A DNA stretch of 32,000 nucleotides. Source: Acaryochloris thomasi RCC1774. GTDB lineage: Bacteria > Cyanobacteriota > Cyanobacteriia > Thermosynechococcales > Thermosynechococcaceae. The position numbers and the translations under genes are program-made. The stretch covers positions 60,001 to 92,000 of the forward strand of contig NZ_PQWO01000018.1 in the NCBI RefSeq assembly GCF_003231495.1. Direction: 5' to 3'. Shown piece by piece: positions 1 to 9,102 of the stretch. The notes beneath the pieces were generated by a model. It saw only the letters and a program-made list of their open reading frames with translations. It did no database searches and was not told the DNA's origin. How positions within the stretch are numbered: the stretch's first letter is position 1; every line of letters begins with the position of its first letter.

Positions 1-1
1 A

Positions 2-355
2 GAGACGCTCTCGGTCGCTCGGGTTGTCAACCTAAATCAAGCACTGGAGCGATTAAAAACCTCAGGCTTCTGGATTTATGGGCTGGCAGCTACTGCCCAG
101 GACACATTGCCAGACATAAAGTTTACGGGACCAACTGTTTTGGTTGTCGGTGCAGAGGGAGACGGCTTGAGCTTGCTGACTCAGCATCGTTGTGACCAGC
201 TCGTTTCGATTCCGCTTCAGGGTAAAACAGCCAGTCTCAATGCCTCTGTGGCTACAAGCATGGCCCTCTATGAGGTCTATCGACAACGCTGGCTACAGCG
301 TCTACATTTGCCCTCTTCAACACCCAGCTCTGCTTCTTCCCATGAGGCTGTCTAG
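2..355 (+). CDS. rlmB: SpoU/TrmH-family rRNA 2'-O-ribose methyltransferase (RlmB-like), C-terminal part; 5' end outside window
   Basis: The frame is open from the window edge. The translation ...[21 protein letters not shown]...[46 protein letters not shown] shows the SpoU C-terminal motifs (GxEGxGL; IP-x-G-x-x-SLNxSVA). Stop TAG at 353-355. Confidence 0.8.
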   Translation, partial: ETLSVARVVNLNQALERLKTSGFWIYGLAATAQDTLPDIKFTGPTVLVVGAEGDGLSLLTQHRCDQLVSIPLQGKTASLNASVATSMALYEVYRQRWLQRLHLPSSTPSSASSHEAV

Positions 356-446
356 AGTGTTAAATAATGTAAAAACACGAAAAAAGAGTTAATCTAGCAT
401 CAAACTACTGATCCTAAAGTTCTTATAGAAGGAAGAGGAGCGTTTC

Positions 447-707
447 TTGGGCACTACAGCAAATGTATCTTCCACAGGTTTATCGGGCCGCCTCGCAGAT
501 TTCTCCAATCGTTTAGGTTTAGCTTGGTGGGTCAGAGTAACGACGCGCACCCCAAATTGCGTTTACTACTTTGGTCCTTTTCTCAACCAACAAGAAGCCT
601 ACGGCACTATCTCAGGCTACGTTGAAGATCTAGAGCAGGAGCAGGCTGAGGGGGTCACTGCAGTGGTACAGCGCTGCAAGCCAACTCAGCTCACATATGA
701 GCTCTGA
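447..707 (+). CDS. DUF1816-like small cyanobacterial protein
   Basis: 86-aa ORF with a TTG start, preceded by GGAAGAGGAG 6 nt upstream. The core AWWVRVTTRTPNCVYYFGPFLNQQEA...GYVEDLEQEQAEG resembles the conserved DUF1816 pattern (WWV..T..P.C.YYFGPF...EA...Y..DLE.EGA). Confidence 0.6.
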   Translation: MGTTANVSSTGLSGRLADFSNRLGLAWWVRVTTRTPNCVYYFGPFLNQQEAYGTISGYVEDLEQEQAEGVTAVVQRCKPTQLTYEL

Positions 708-724
708 GGTAGGGGTTGTGCTGA

Positions 725-1567
725 TTATTGTTCCTTAAAGGACAGCTCTGGGTGCTGCTGCAACCAAACGTTAATGTCATGCTGCACCTTTTCTGGAATT
801 TCCCAGGGGAACAGGTGAGCTGTCTCTGGATAGCAGATCCATTGGCTGTTGCACAAATGTTGAGCGGTCTCTTGGCTCGCCTGAGGTGTGATGTGAAGAT
901 CACATTCTCCTGCTAAAACTAGACAGGGACAGCGAATGCTATCTAGCTTGTCAAGGCGGTCATACCCCGTTCGCAGGGCATTGTTCAAAGCCTGATTGGC
1001 CCACTTTGATGTTTTGAGGTAGGCCGGTAGAGCTTCTTGAGCGAGGTATTGATAAGCAACTGCTGTATGACGACGAATGAGATACCGGAACAGCGATCGC
1101 TGACCAAAGGTCTTGATATTCCACTTCCAAGCGGGACAGACGGCATTAGTTAAACCCGCAATTGCCGTGTACAGATTATCGCGCCAACTCACTGGGGGGT
1201 GTTTGCTACGTGGTCGTGCTGCCGTTGCAACTAGAATCAGTCCCTTTACCTTCCCAGGATGCCGCAACGCTAATTCCATCGCTAGAATGCCGCCCAGAGA
1301 CCAGCCCAGAATAATGCAGTCGTTGAGATGATATTGATCCCAGAGGACATCTAAATCTCGCAGATGATCTGACATCTCAAAGAACGACTGAGTCTGACTG
1401 CGACCATAGCCTCGCAGGTCGGGCGCAATCGTAAGGTAATGCTGCGACAGAGTAGAAGTGAAGACTGATAGGCTTGCACTCGAGCCAGGATGTCCATGTA
1501 GGCAGAGAATCGGAACTCCCTCACCCTGAACGCTGACCGCTAAAGATGCTGTTGATTGAGTCGACAC
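725..1567 (-). CDS. alpha/beta-fold hydrolase
   Basis: 280-aa ORF with a GTG start. It has an oxyanion HG motif (LCLHGHPG) and a nucleophile elbow GWSLGG, followed by ...LILVATAARP, typical of the alpha/beta hydrolase fold. Confidence 0.8.
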   Translation of the reverse strand: MSTQSTASLAVSVQGEGVPILCLHGHPGSSASLSVFTSTLSQHYLTIAPDLRGYGRSQTQSFFEMSDHLRDLDVLWDQYHLNDCIILGWSLGGILAMELALRHPGKVKGLILVATAARPRSKHPPVSWRDNLYTAIAGLTNAVCPAWKWNIKTFGQRSLFRYLIRRHTAVAYQYLAQEALPAYLKTSKWANQALNNALRTGYDRLDKLDSIRCPCLVLAGECDLHITPQASQETAQHLCNSQWICYPETAHLFPWEIPEKVQHDINVWLQQHPELSFKEQ

Positions 1568-1885
1568 GACTTTCTTGCCTCAAAATGATTAATAATCTAA
1601 CAGGCCGGTTGAGAATTCTTCCAGTTTTCTAACGAAGGACCAGCAATCTTAAGAAAACATCGAATATTCGGACTTTTACAAATTGAGTCCGCGACAATGG
1701 AGTTACAGAAACTCAGTAGGGCAGACTTAGATTTTGAAGGTTAGAATTCTGTTCTGTGAGTTAGTTGTAAGTACACCTAGCTAGAGGGTTCATGTAGCCG
1801 CTCATCTCAATAATTTAGCCTTACATATTTGCATTTCTATGCATACTTCAATCGTCTAAGCCCTGTGACTTATTGGTCAGTCAAA

Positions 1886-2455
1886 ATGAAGGGGTTGGGG
1901 CTTGTTAGTTTCGGACTGCTACTTGGGTGGTTCTATTGGCAGCAGCAACCTAAAGTAGAACCCCAAGCCGTTTTAGTCTTAGGGGGTGCACCGCATCGGG
2001 AACGATTTGCCGCTCAGTTTGCCCAGCAGCACCCAGATTTGCCTATTTGGGTATCAGGCGGAAGTAATCCTGAGTATGCTGAGTGGGTATTCGAACAAGC
2101 TGGAATTAACGAGCAGCGAGTTCATCTTGACTATGAAGCAATCGATACTCTGACCAACTTTACAACTCTCGTTGATCGGTTCAAGTCCGAAGGTATTACC
2201 CACGTTTATTTGATGACCTCTGATTACCATATACGACGAGCTAGTTGGATGGGGCAAATCATCTTAGGAAGCCGAGGTATCCATTTTGAGCCGATTGCGA
2301 TTCCCACTCAACTGCAGGCAGAACCCCTTCAGGTTGCGGTATTTGATGGTGGACGGGCTTTACTCTGGGTGGCAACGGGGCAAACTGGCGAGTCACTGAA
2401 GCCTATGCTGGAGCTGCAGGGCATGAATTTAGAGCGACATATTGCTCAACCCTAA
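1886..2455 (+). CDS. DUF218 / YdcF-family protein (ElyC/SanA-like)
   Basis: N-terminal TM helix (GLGLVSFGLLLGWFYW), then VLVLGG...R...PIWVSGG...DYEAIDTLTNF...ITHVYLMTSDYHIRRA, matching the DUF218 pattern. ATG at 1886 is preferred; an upstream in-frame TTG at 1829 is possible. Confidence 0.7.
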   Translation: MKGLGLVSFGLLLGWFYWQQQPKVEPQAVLVLGGAPHRERFAAQFAQQHPDLPIWVSGGSNPEYAEWVFEQAGINEQRVHLDYEAIDTLTNFTTLVDRFKSEGITHVYLMTSDYHIRRASWMGQIILGSRGIHFEPIAIPTQLQAEPLQVAVFDGGRALLWVATGQTGESLKPMLELQGMNLERHIAQP

Positions 2456-2466
2456 AGACGCTGGAT

Positions 2467-3246
2467 ATGGAAGCCCGATTACAAAAGATTCTTTCCCAAT
2501 GGGGAATAGCCTCTCGCCGTCAGGCAGAAAGAATGATCCAAGCCGGTCAGGTCACCTTGAACGATCGGCCTGCCCAACTTGGAGACAAGGCGGACCCAGA
2601 GCGAGACATCATTGAAGTTAATGGTGACCGCATCTATCCTCAGCAGCGGCCTGAATTGGTCTATTTGCTTTTGCATAAACCCGCGGGTGTGATTACAACC
2701 TGCCATGATCCTCAACAGCGTTCAACAATTTTCGATCTCTTGCCTCAGCATCATACTCACAAAGGGCTGCATCCAGTTGGGCGGCTTGATGCGGACTCAA
2801 CGGGTGCTTTACTGATTACAAATGACGGTCAACTGACCTGTGCATTGACCCATCCCCGCTATCATATTCCCAAGACTTATCAAGTGCGGGTTCAAGGTTG
2901 TCCATCGGCAGATGCTTTGAAACGTTGGCGTCAGGGGATCATGCTAGCGGGTCAGAAGACCCTGCCCGCGAAGGTTACAATCTGCCAAAGAGAGGGCGAT
3001 CAAACAAAATTGGAAGTTATCCTCCGAGAGGGAAGAAATCGTCAGATTCGTAGGATTGCAAAACAGCTGGGTTACCCCGTGCTAAGTCTGCACCGCAGCA
3101 AAATTGGGCCAGTGTGTTTAGAAAGCCCGACAGGTGGCTTGCTGTGCAGTGGGAAATACCGTCACTTAACCCAACGTGAGGTCGATCGTTTACGGCCTAT
3201 GATCGCTAATAGCGCCAGATATCATCAAGAGGAGTGCCCCATATGA
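2467..3246 (+). CDS. rRNA pseudouridine synthase, RsuA/RluB family (S4 domain + PseudoU_synth_2)
   Basis: N-terminal S4 motif RLQKILSQWGIASRRQAERMIQAGQVTLN. The catalytic Asp motif is HPVGRLDADSTGALLITNDG, followed by ...GRNRQIRR. The TGA at 3244-3246 overlaps the next ATG. Confidence 0.9.
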   Translation: MEARLQKILSQWGIASRRQAERMIQAGQVTLNDRPAQLGDKADPERDIIEVNGDRIYPQQRPELVYLLLHKPAGVITTCHDPQQRSTIFDLLPQHHTHKGLHPVGRLDADSTGALLITNDGQLTCALTHPRYHIPKTYQVRVQGCPSADALKRWRQGIMLAGQKTLPAKVTICQREGDQTKLEVILREGRNRQIRRIAKQLGYPVLSLHRSKIGPVCLESPTGGLLCSGKYRHLTQREVDRLRPMIANSARYHQEECPI

Positions 3247-4064
3247 GTTCGCCAGAGTTTGAGGAAAAGTCTGCTATGACCTTGGGGGAAGTTGGCGCTC
3301 ATCTTAGGGAGGTTCGTCAACAGCAGTCAATGGATTTAGACGAAATTTCAGCACAAACCCTGATCCCAACACGTCTACTGACCGCTATTGAAGAGGGCCG
3401 TGTTCAAGATCTGCCTGAACTCATCTATACGCGAGGTATGATTCGACGCTTTGCAAATACCCTCGGTCTTGATGGCGCAGAGTTAGTCGCGAGCTTGGGC
3501 GGTGGCCAAGCCCCTCAGAAAAATCTCGTGAAGTCAAAAAAGGGGGCTAGCGGTGCTAGTCTAAAGCCCATCCATTTATATCTGCTATACATCGTGGTTA
3601 TTGTGGCAGCAGGTAGTGGATTGTCTTACATGATTAATCAGTCGGCTTTGACTCTAGGGGGGGACTCAGTGAATGCTCCTAGTTCTGGGCCTTCTGGCGG
3701 CGAGGAGCCAGCGCCGGAAGCTGTAGCTTCGCCTTCGCCCAAGGCCAATGCTCCGGCTCCGAAGGTCAGTTCTGCCCCCTTGCGTATTGACCTAAGCGTG
3801 AAGCAGGATGCTTGGATTGAGATTTTTGTTGATGGTCAGAAGAGCTATGCCGGTACCTTGACGGCAGGTACTAATCGGACAATCACGGGTCAGAAAAAAC
3901 TTGTCGTTCGCTCCGGTAATGCTGGGGGCGTCCTCTTGGCCGTGAATAAAAAGCCCGCTCAGTTGATGGGCAAGTTGGGAGCCGTTAAAGAAGTTGTGAT
4001 TGAGCCAGAGAATACCAATCAATCTAATCAAGCCATCAATCCAAGCATTACTGCTGAGGGATAG
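3243..4064 (+). CDS. RodZ-like helix-turn-helix membrane protein (HTH_25 + TM + DUF4115-like C-terminus)
   Basis: The HTH segment is LGEVGAHLREVRQQQSMDLDEISAQTLIPTRLLTAIEEG. There is one TM helix (IHLYLLYIVVIVAAGSGLSYMI), a Pro/Ala/Ser-rich linker, and a C-terminal WIEIFVDGQK...TLTAG...VVRSGNAGGVLLAVNKKP. ATG 3243 forms an ATGA overlap with the upstream stop; GTG 3234 is the alternative start. Confidence 0.75.
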   Translation: MSSPEFEEKSAMTLGEVGAHLREVRQQQSMDLDEISAQTLIPTRLLTAIEEGRVQDLPELIYTRGMIRRFANTLGLDGAELVASLGGGQAPQKNLVKSKKGASGASLKPIHLYLLYIVVIVAAGSGLSYMINQSALTLGGDSVNAPSSGPSGGEEPAPEAVASPSPKANAPAPKVSSAPLRIDLSVKQDAWIEIFVDGQKSYAGTLTAGTNRTITGQKKLVVRSGNAGGVLLAVNKKPAQLMGKLGAVKEVVIEPENTNQSNQAINPSITAEG

Positions 4065-4138
4065 TGGATGTTCATAGCCTTTCCCTTTGTTCCTTAAGTT
4101 AAGCTGGGCTAATAATGGGGTTTTGCAAGAGTCTCTCG

Positions 4139-5542
4139 CTAAACCCAGGAGAGCCATGGGTGGAGGCGTAGCCGTAGATTCCAGTCAGCTTGCGAAAGAG
4201 GTAGGCCAAGATAGATAGGAAGCCAGAACAAAAAACCGAACACGGCTAGCGATAGCATCATCATGGCTATAATCCGTAGGACTCTGTTGGGATGGTCAAG
4301 ATATCCATCCGTTATCCATGCTGCAGCTAGGCTGCTGAAGGTGGCGGCAGGCATATAGTGATAAATAAACGTGCAGCGACTGACTAGGATCCAAGGCAGT
4401 AAATTGGTGGTGTAGTTGATGCATAAATATAGGGGCACCCACAGTGTTGTTTCTGCTGGTTCAGAGGGCGCTTCAGTCCCTGCCTTGGCGCCTAAATCAG
4501 TCATGATTCTCCTGTATCCCCAATACAGCAACTGACCGAGCAAGAATAAAATGGCTAAGGTCGAGGCCCACCATAGAGGGGGATTGCCCATGCCGTGAAC
4601 ATCAAAAATCCAGGGTGTGCTCTCTTCGGGTAAAGGGGGACCGTAAATCGGGACCCGTGCTGTGGGACTGGTCGCTCGTTGGTAAAAGTAACTGAGGGAG
4701 CGCTGCATTAACGGCCAGGTATACCAAGGGGCACAGTAGGGATGTACGTCTGGACCGCTGCCAACACGATGATGATAGGTCAGCATCTCGTAGTGGAGTT
4801 GCCAAAAATTGTAGTCAGGATTTTGTCGTAGATGGGGAATCCAGATCAGCCCATAGCAGATCAGGGCGATGCTTCCCATATAGCCTGCCACCACGGGAGG
4901 AGAAAGGCGAGATAGTCTTACAGCCTGTTTCCATGGAGATAAAAGATTGAGTTTTGCTAACGTCCAACAGATTGCCCAGAGCAGATAAAGCCCCAGAACT
5001 AATCCGAGGCCGTTCCACTTGACCGCAGCTGTCGCACCGATGCAGAGGGCCGATAGGGTTAGCCATAGCCAGCGATGACGGCTTTCTAAAGCGGATAGAA
5101 AACAGTAATGAATGAGGAGGCCAAAGAATAGTAGATATATGTTGATGAGCGCGTAACGAGACTCAACAAGGAGCAGGCCGTCCAGGACAGCGAAGGCCCC
5201 CGCAAGCAGGGCAAAGCGTGGACGATGTGATAGACGATAGGCGATGCCAGCAATGATGATCGGGATGAAAGACCCGACTAGCGCATTCATCCAACGATAG
5301 CCCCAAGGCGTAAAGCCCTGAAGCCAAATCCCTATTGCGATTAGGTATTTGCCAAGGGGGGGGTGAGCGTCAAAGAAAGGGGTGTGGGTAAGGTAGTTGT
5401 GCCCAAAATTTGCGAAATAAACTTCGTCGAAGACTAGGGTGTCAAAGCGATCAAGGCCCCAGAAGCGCAGCAGTAAAGCAACGATCCACAAGAGACCCAG
5501 GCCAATTGCCCATGAGGTCTTTCCTAGCCGAGGCTTCAGCAT
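4139..5542 (-). CDS. GT-C/GT39 (PMT-family) phospholipid-carrier-dependent glycosyltransferase, polytopic membrane protein
   Basis: The first-loop DE motif sits in FDTLVFDEVYFANFGHNYL...FFDAHPPLGKYLIA. There are many TM helices, and the C-terminal ...CTFIYHYMPA is typical of PMT_2/PMT_4TMC. The start is set at ATG 5542 (MLKPRLGKTSW...), 7 nt after the htrA-like stop. Confidence 0.8.
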   Translation of the reverse strand: MLKPRLGKTSWAIGLGLLWIVALLLRFWGLDRFDTLVFDEVYFANFGHNYLTHTPFFDAHPPLGKYLIAIGIWLQGFTPWGYRWMNALVGSFIPIIIAGIAYRLSHRPRFALLAGAFAVLDGLLLVESRYALINIYLLFFGLLIHYCFLSALESRHRWLWLTLSALCIGATAAVKWNGLGLVLGLYLLWAICWTLAKLNLLSPWKQAVRLSRLSPPVVAGYMGSIALICYGLIWIPHLRQNPDYNFWQLHYEMLTYHHRVGSGPDVHPYCAPWYTWPLMQRSLSYFYQRATSPTARVPIYGPPLPEESTPWIFDVHGMGNPPLWWASTLAILFLLGQLLYWGYRRIMTDLGAKAGTEAPSEPAETTLWVPLYLCINYTTNLLPWILVSRCTFIYHYMPAATFSSLAAAWITDGYLDHPNRVLRIIAMMMLSLAVFGFLFWLPIYLGLPLSQADWNLRLRLHPWLSWV

Positions 5543-5549
5543 CGGAGGG

Positions 5550-6779
5550 TTAGGCCGCTCCCTGCAGCTCACCGGTACGGATTGCAAATACTTGTGTCTG
5601 CTCTCCGCGCTGAATTTCGAGCTGAAGCTGCTGACCGACCTGGCAGTTCTCAACTAGAGTCTGCAGCTGACTGGCTTTTTGCACCGGCTGATCGTCAACG
5701 CTGAGGATGACATCACCCCATCGAATCCCTGCTAAGGCTGCGGGGGTGTTAGGAAAAACCTGCACGACCAAAACACCCTGGGTCTCGGGCAATAGAACAG
5801 GAGAGTTAGGATTGCGGTTGTTCTCTTGGGCGGCTTCAGGGGTGAGGGTGGTCATCTGGACGCCAATGTAGGGATGAAGGATTTGCTCCCCTCTAACCAG
5901 TCGATCTTTTAAGCTCTTGGCTTTGTCAATGGGAATGGCGAAGCCGATCCCCATGGCGTCGGCTCGAATGGCGGTGTTGATGCCGATCACTTCGCCGCGA
6001 TCGCTCAGTAGCGGCCCACCTGAATTCCCGGGGTTGATGGCGGCATCGGTTTGTATGAAGTCTAGACGCTTGCCAGGGATGCCAATTTCAGCGCTGGTGC
6101 GGTGGAGAGTGCTGACAATGCCTAGGGTAACGGTGTTGTCGAGGCCGACAGGATTACCGACAGCGATGGCCCAGTCGCCGACTTCGACCTGTTCAGAGTT
6201 GCCTAGAGGAGCAACGGGTAAGCTACTGTCTACGTCTTTGAGTTTAACAACAGCAAGATCCGAGACCTCATCAACGCCCCGCACTTCGCCCTTGTATTCG
6301 CGGCCATCTTTGAGGGTGACGGTGACGGTGTCTGCTTTGCTAACCACGTGGGCGTTGGTCAAGACAATCCCGGTCTCATCAATAATGAAGCCAGAACCTT
6401 GGCCCCTCAGCCGATCTTCGTGGGGACCGCGAGGGAATGCCCCAGGACCAAAGAATTCACGCAGAGAGGGGTCATCGAAGAAAGAGTCGGTTGAGGAATG
6501 TTTAATGGTCTGCTCGGTGTCAATGCGAACGACGGTGGGACCAACGGTATCCAGCGCCTCGGCAATAAAGTTGCGGGGTTTGAAATTTTGAGCTGTATCT
6601 ATAAGTTGTTCAGCACTTTCGACCGGGATAGCTGCGGGGTGAGTGATGACGATGGATAAACCAGCGATGGCTGCAGGGGGAGTAAACCCGAACCAGAAAA
6701 GAGCGATTAGGCTCAACAACGACAGCCAATTTGAGGCTGAGGGTCGTCTCGGTACTGTCTGGCTCATAGATGTCCTCAA
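5550..6779 (-). CDS. HtrA/DegP-family periplasmic serine protease (trypsin-like domain + PDZ)
   Basis: N-terminal signal/anchor (WLSLLSLIALFWFGF). The catalytic triad contexts are TNAHVV (His), DLAVVKL (Asp) and GNSGGPLL (Ser). The C-terminal PDZ segment is GVLVVQVFPNTPAALAGIRWGDVILSVD. Confidence 0.92.
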   Translation of the reverse strand: MRTSMSQTVPRRPSASNWLSLLSLIALFWFGFTPPAAIAGLSIVITHPAAIPVESAEQLIDTAQNFKPRNFIAEALDTVGPTVVRIDTEQTIKHSSTDSFFDDPSLREFFGPGAFPRGPHEDRLRGQGSGFIIDETGIVLTNAHVVSKADTVTVTLKDGREYKGEVRGVDEVSDLAVVKLKDVDSSLPVAPLGNSEQVEVGDWAIAVGNPVGLDNTVTLGIVSTLHRTSAEIGIPGKRLDFIQTDAAINPGNSGGPLLSDRGEVIGINTAIRADAMGIGFAIPIDKAKSLKDRLVRGEQILHPYIGVQMTTLTPEAAQENNRNPNSPVLLPETQGVLVVQVFPNTPAALAGIRWGDVILSVDDQPVQKASQLQTLVENCQVGQQLQLEIQRGEQTQVFAIRTGELQGAA

Positions 6780-6880
6780 TTGGGCAGCAACGCTTTACGC
6801 TATAACAAGTTTAATCGTTTCCAATCTTCGCGTTCTATCTCGCCGGTTGGGTTCTCCGTACTGATTCTGTTTGATATACC

Positions 6881-7309
6881 ATGAGCCAATCATCTGCCTC
6901 TGTGACTGAATTGACCAATCCGATCCCGAGCGCTGATCCAAAGTACGGTGAGCGGTCGATTGAGGAGGGTGAGCTGACGACGTTTCCTAATCCACGACCG
7001 GGACGGCGCTATAGCATCCAAATTTCGCTACCGGAATTTACCTGCAAGTGTCCCTTTTCTGGCTACCCTGATTTTGCGACGATTCACCTGACCTACAGTC
7101 CCGATCAGCGAGTGGTGGAACTGAAGGCGCTGAAGCTGTATATCAATGGCTACCGCGATCGCTATATTTCGCATGAGGAATCAATCAATCAGATTATGGA
7201 TGATATTGTGGCCGCCATCGATCCGCTGGAGATTGGGGTGAAGGGTGACTTTTCTCCGCGTGGGAATGTCCATACCGTGATTGAGGTCAGCCATCAGAAG
7301 GCATCATGA
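6881..7309 (+). CDS. queF: NADPH-dependent 7-cyano-7-deazaguanine (preQ0) reductase, unimodular type
   Basis: The catalytic Cys context is EFTCKCPFSGYPDFATI. The QueF motif VELKALKLYINGYRD (E-x-K-x-x-K-L-Y) is present. A length of 142 aa fits type I QueF. Confidence 0.92.
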   Translation: MSQSSASVTELTNPIPSADPKYGERSIEEGELTTFPNPRPGRRYSIQISLPEFTCKCPFSGYPDFATIHLTYSPDQRVVELKALKLYINGYRDRYISHEESINQIMDDIVAAIDPLEIGVKGDFSPRGNVHTVIEVSHQKAS

Positions 7310-8022
7310 GCATTCCTGAGTCTTCTGAGATTCAAGCTATTTTTGATCGTATTGCCCCGGTCTATGATGACCTCAACTTCTGGCTGAGTTTGGGGCAGCA
7401 TCGTGTTTGGAAGCTGATGGCGGTGAAGTGGGCGGATCCGCAACCAGGCGATCGAGGTTTGGATATTTGCTGCGGCAGTGGTGATTTAGCGAGGCTGCTG
7501 GCGCGGCGGGTTATACCTAGCGGGACAGTGGTGGGAGCTGATTTTTCGGCCAAGATGTTGGCTGTGGCCGCTAGCGCGACTCCTTTGTCAGAGATGGGCC
7601 GGAGAGCGGCTATCGAATGGGTTGAGGGTGATGCTCTGGCGCTTCCCTTTGCAGATGCCTCTTTTGACTGCGCCACGATGGGGTATGGGTTGCGAAACGT
7701 GACCGATATTCCTAAATGTCTGCGAGAGATTCACCGGGTGCTGAAGCCGGGTGCAAAAGCTGCCATTTTAGATTTTCATCGCCCTCGTCAGCCTTTGCTG
7801 CAAAACTTTCAGCAGTGGTATTTACAGTCTGTGGTGGTGCCAGTGGCTGAACGCTATGGGCTAACGGAGGAATATGCCTATATTATGCCGAGCTTGGAAC
7901 GCTTCCCTACGGGTACTCAACAGGTTCAGTTGGCGGTCGATGCGGGATTTGCTGCTGTTCACTACCCCATCTCAGGTGGGATGATGGGGGTGTTGGTGCT
8001 TACCAAGCCGGAGGATGGATAA
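7306..8022 (+). CDS. menG: demethylphylloquinone/menaquinone methyltransferase (UbiE/MenG family, class I SAM MTase)
   Basis: The N-terminal IFDRIAPVYDDLNFWLSLGQHRVWK is the UbiE/MenG signature. The SAM motif I is GLDICCGSGD, followed by LKPGAKAAILDF. It has an ATGA overlap with queF and lies directly upstream of menA. Confidence 0.88.
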   Translation: MSIPESSEIQAIFDRIAPVYDDLNFWLSLGQHRVWKLMAVKWADPQPGDRGLDICCGSGDLARLLARRVIPSGTVVGADFSAKMLAVAASATPLSEMGRRAAIEWVEGDALALPFADASFDCATMGYGLRNVTDIPKCLREIHRVLKPGAKAAILDFHRPRQPLLQNFQQWYLQSVVVPVAERYGLTEEYAYIMPSLERFPTGTQQVQLAVDAGFAAVHYPISGGMMGVLVLTKPEDG

Positions 8023-8024
8023 AG

Positions 8025-8930
8025 ATGCAGGAGGTTGCGATCGCACCTAAGTTCAAGCTATGGATGGCGGCAATCAAACCCCCCATGTATACGGTGGCGG
8101 TGATCCCGATTTCGGTGGGAACGGCGGTGGCCTTTAGCGAAACGCAGCGGTTTGATCTCGGGATTTATCTGACGTTCCTAGGTTCGGCAATTTTGATTAT
8201 TGCTTGGTTGAACCTCAGTAATGACGTTTTTGATGCGGATACCGGTATTGATAAGAATAAGGCCCATTCTGTTGTGAATCTGACGGGCAATCAATCGTTG
8301 GTGTTTTGGATCAGTAATGTGTTTTTGGCCTTAGGGGTTCTGGGGGTGGTTGCGATCGCAACCCAACAAAAAGACCCCACCCTCATCGGCATCATCTTGC
8401 TTTGCTGCGCTTTAGGCTACACCTACCAAGGCCCCCCCTTTCGCTTGGGCTATCAAGGGCTAGGTGAACTGATCTGCTTTATTACCTTTGGTCCCCTTGC
8501 CATTGCTGCTGCCTACTACTCTCAGGCCCAGACCTTCTCTACGCTGGGGCTAGCGGTGGGCACCCTCATCGGCATCAGCACCTCAATTATTTTGTTTTGC
8601 TCCCATTTCCATCAGGTCAAAGATGATTTAGCAGCGGGCAAGCGATCCCCAATTGTTCGTTTGGGAACGGCTCGGGGAGCTAACGTTTTAGGATGGGCCA
8701 CCGCCAGCCTTTATCTGCTGACATTGACCTGGGTGGGGTTAGGTGTTTTCTCTCCTTGGACATTGCTGGTGTTTGCCAGTCTCCCCTTTGCCATTCAGCT
8801 TGTGCGGCACGTGCAGCGCTACCACGATCAGCCAGAGCGAGTCAGCAACTGTAAGTTCTTCGCCGTTAATCTGCAGTTTGTGAGCGGGGTGTTATTTGCG
8901 ATCTCATTTACTCTGCCTGGGCTGCTGTAA
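8025..8930 (+). CDS. menA: 1,4-dihydroxy-2-naphthoate polyprenyl(phytyl)transferase, UbiA family
   Basis: Polytopic UbiA-type protein with a first Asp-rich motif NLSNDVFDADTGIDK (NxxxDxxD) and a second region HFHQVKDDLAAGKRS. It starts 2 nt after the menG stop. Confidence 0.88.
   Translation: MQEVAIAPKFKLWMAAIKPPMYTVAVIPISVGTAVAFSETQRFDLGIYLTFLGSAILIIAWLNLSNDVFDADTGIDKNKAHSVVNLTGNQSLVFWISNVFLALGVLGVVAIATQQKDPTLIGIILLCCALGYTYQGPPFRLGYQGLGELICFITFGPLAIAAAYYSQAQTFSTLGLAVGTLIGISTSIILFCSHFHQVKDDLAAGKRSPIVRLGTARGANVLGWATASLYLLTLTWVGLGVFSPWTLLVFASLPFAIQLVRHVQRYHDQPERVSNCKFFAVNLQFVSGVLFAISFTLPGLL
8349..8364. repeat. extended HIP1 palindrome GGTTGCGATCGCAACC (16-bp perfect palindrome)
   Basis: Read directly from the sequence. 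It is the longest of 18 exact GCGATCGC occurrences in the window. Confidence 0.95.
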
Positions 8931-9102
8931 ATTTTCTGCGGAGAGTTCTCTTCCCTACGCCTCTAAAAACCTAACTGCCTCCATCGATCAGGCGGAGCAC
9001 AGATCTTTCTGATTGGCACTGGAATCATGTTGTTTGAGCGCGAACTCCGTTATCATATGCCTTGCGGCTTTCGTAACGTTCGATTTTAAGGCACACAGCA
9101 GC

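Noticed and set aside
3792-4157. 121-aa minus-strand ORF
   Set aside because: It is mostly antisense to the RodZ-like C-terminal domain and has no motifs. Accepting it would leave the convergent intergenic spacer without room for termination.
5543-5653. N-terminal 37-codon extension of the GT39 ORF (longest-ORF start at 5653)
   Set aside because: It would overlap the htrA-like coding region by about 100 nt in another frame. The internal ATG 5542 gives a sensible N-terminus (MLKPRLGKTSW + TM helix) just after the upstream stop.
5917-6591. 224-aa plus-strand ORF
   Set aside because: It lies entirely antisense to the well-supported HtrA protease gene. The translation is Ser/Pro/Arg/Thr-rich low complexity with no motifs, typical of a shadow ORF.
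6780-6880. Possible preQ1 riboswitch upstream of queF
   Set aside because: I found no compact hairpin followed by a CCC...AAAAAACUA-like tail characteristic of preQ1-I or preQ1-II. The region shows no convincing structure by eye.
9013-9102. TTG-initiated 30-codon extension of pepA
   Set aside because: The extension ([20 protein letters not shown]...) has no resemblance to M17 N-termini. ATG 9103 gives the typical MKI... start.
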